64,000 bases of DNA, from assembly GCF_009914755.1 (NCBI RefSeq), contig NC_060932.1. One strand, given 5' to 3'. Below the pieces are notes generated by a model, which was given only the letters and a program-made list of their open reading frames with translations, was not told where the DNA came from and searched no databases. Shown one piece after another: positions 61,326-64,000 of this stretch. Each line of letters starts with the position of its first letter. Position 1 is the first letter of the stretch. Source of the DNA: the human T2T-CHM13v2.0 reference genome, Homo sapiens. The position numbers and the translations under genes were made by a program.

Positions 61326-63049
61326 TAGTATATCTCAAGAAATATTTGGGACATATTTATACTTTTAAAAAGTGTTTGTTGTTTATCTGACACTCAAATT
61401 TTCCTAGGCATCTTGTATTTTATCTGGTACCCTAAGTGGGAACTCTCCGAGGTACTACATATAATGTGCCTCTGATTATCCACCCAAAGGTGGGAAAGCA
61501 AAGGTTATTTATACCTTGGCTCCCACCCCATTGGTCCAAGTTCACAGGGGCGGAATGGAGAAGCCAGCAGGAAAAAACAAAACATAAGCAAGGCAGCTGA
61601 AGCTGGGAGCTGCGAGGCTGCATCTGCAGCAACACTGTTTGTCACTGCAGCAAATTCTAACCACTCAGCAGAATTCCAATGTGAAATTCCCCCTAAACAA
61701 ACACCGAAATGCAAATCACATCTGAAAAGAAGGTGAAAGGTTTGCATATATGAATTTTCTCCAAACCAACTGACACTTTCTCAGGATGTAAAGTTCCAGT
61801 GCACTGTTAATTGAGGGATAGGAATTGAATTTGAGATCCTCATCTTTTGACCTTTGCCAAGAGCTTATGATTTTTCCTTATTTCCATTTGATTTCAAACT
61901 GTTAATAATTCTCAGGAGAAAATAAGACAAAATTTCACATTTCAAGGACTTATTATGTTTTGAACATTTGTATCTGTTGACCTGTAAAATAATCCAGTTT
62001 AAAACTCATTGGAGTTTTTTGGCAGGATTTTTAAGCAGTGGCATTTGCTTATTACAAACACTTCTGATCGTCGGGCCTGGAGGGTTGACAGGGAATGAAA
62101 GAACACATCTAGTATTCTTAGAGTAGATTTACTGGCAACATTTGGCCCTGTACACTTTTTCTTTTTTATAATTTATCACAATAGAGAATGATTTTGTAAA
62201 TGACAATGGCAGGATGGATTTCAAAAGTTCTAACCCCTTACACACTGGTAATCAAAAGATGTAGGTAGAAAAATCGTACCATCAGAAGTAAAATTTTCCC
62301 CACAGTGAGACTGTACCTTAACATCCTGAATGCTGTCATTTTTGTATTGCCCTATGAGTCGATCCGCTCATCTTTTCCCCATTCAAGAGGTGAGTTTGTT
62401 CATCTCTGTGGCCTCTGTTTGGGCATACTATTCACCTGGAGTGCAGTGTGTTTATATAGACAGGTGCCTGCAAAGCACAAAGAAGAGTCTCCGTTTTTGG
62501 ACTTTGTTATCGAAGTCAACAGGTCCTGAGTTTACTCTCTGTAGAGTTTACCATCTACATTGTCAGAAAAATTCCATGGGGAACTAAGCCCATGAGCACA
62601 TCAGAGAGGAAGTTAGGAAGGTGCGGAGGATAGTGGGGCTTCTAATAAGGGAAAGGTTTTTTGGCATAAGAAAGGAATTACACGTTTAATGAACACTATG
62701 AGCTAAATTCCTGTCCTTCAGATTGTCTCTAACTGGAAAACCAAGAAACATTACTATGCTAGAACTGTTTTTTTATCACAGAGAAAACACATAGAGTAGG
62801 CTTCGAAATAAATTCAGGATTATTTCCAACTTGAAGGGTTTCTCCAATTATTCCAAATTTTAGGTGTCATAGGACCAGAGGTCAAGGAGATAGGCATGTT
62901 AGATATCAGCTTTTTTCTACTTTTATTCACTTAGAGCCCCAGAGGCAGAAGGGAAACTACGAGAAGTTTCATTCATGATTTTTATTTATTGAAAAGTAAA
63001 GCTTATGCTTTTATGTCTGATCCCACACAAATTGCCTCCTACATATCAT

Positions 63050-63185
63050 TTCTAATCATCTAAAACCAAGGAAGATCATGGATCAACCACTTTGGTTTTA
63101 CAGGTGAGGAAACTGAGACAGGGGCTTCCTTCTAGTTGTGACTTACTGATCGAGGTGGGATTGGTACCTAAATCCTGAACCTAAA
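63050..63185 (-). mobile_element. MIR fragment
   Basis: 'tttacaggtgaggaaactgagacag'. Confidence 0.65.
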
Positions 63186-63754
63186 GTTGACCCACAACCC
63201 CTCTGATTTCCTTTCACCTCCAGCCAGGATTTCTTTCTGGCCCATTGTATTCATCTCACATCCCACAGACCCATCTGGCCTATCGATAAAAGGAAAGCTA
63301 GAATTCAACAGAAGACCCCTCTCCCCATTTGAGGTCCAATGGACCATTCCAGTGCGCCATGAATTTTTAACTTCTGCCCAGATTTTCAAGGTAAACACAT
63401 CCCTTTCTCTCCTTCTGTGTAACTGTGTTGTCTGTCTTTCCCGAAGGATTCTAAACAAGATGAAGATTGAAGGCAAAGTCTTTGTGTTTCCAAGCTCCTG
63501 GTTCATACTGGAACTCAGTAATATGTGTGGAATATACACATGAAAACTAAAAATGAAGTATGTGTAGAGAAAGAGTGGATTCATTGAGGAAATGTTGACA
63601 AAAAGACAAGGGGAGTTTTGGTGGGGGTAAGACATATTGAGCTTAAGATTTAGGAATGTAAAGAAGAGGGAGCTTCTTATAATGGCTCACTGTTGTCTTT
63701 AGGGCATCATGAGGTGAAAGGCACTGCATATATGACCCACAACATAAAACCAGA

Positions 63755-63915
63755 GCCAGGGAGGTACTCACAGTGGTGCACACCTTTAATCCCAGCTACT
63801 TGGGAGGCTCAGGTGGAAAGACGGCTTGAGCTCAGAGGTTTGAGACTAGCCTGAGCAACATAGTGAGACACTATCTCTCCTCTCCTCTTTTCCTCTCCTC
63901 TCCTCTTCTCTCTCT
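63755..63915 (+). mobile_element. FLAM monomer followed by (TCTCC)n simple repeat
   Basis: 'aatcccagctacttgggaggc...tttgagactagcctgagcaacatagtgagac' then a tctcc array. Confidence 0.8.
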
Positions 63916-64000
63916 TTGGGGTTCACCAGCCCTCCCTCCCATCTTCTACACCCTTGCAGATAACACAAAGATTGAACAACTCTGCCACATCTTCCTGGTG

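Overview
This is AT-rich, repeat-dense primate genomic DNA. Alu S/J/Y, LTR12C and L1PA2-L1PA4 elements point to a great ape, most likely human. I recognise no protein-coding exon, RNA gene or CRISPR array. Every ORF in the track with recognisable homology derives from Alu, L1, LTR or Tigger repeats, and the rest look like chance ORFs. The window looks intergenic or like a large intron. Main structures: (1) a complete CpG-rich solo LTR12C (2006-3549); (2) two independent twin-primed, 5'-inverted L1PA insertions, one with a probable short 3' transduction; (3) a two-LTR THE1 element; (4) several multi-level transposon nests; (5) a six-copy 58-bp minisatellite; (6) a group of MaLR/ERVL LTRs carrying DUX4-type sites; (7) a chance in-frame Tigger7-L1 fusion ORF. 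I found no convincing evidence of a new biological system. The findings are mostly mechanistic or regulatory hypotheses. Repeat subfamily names come from my recall of consensus sequences, not from a database search, and boundaries of old repeats are approximate.
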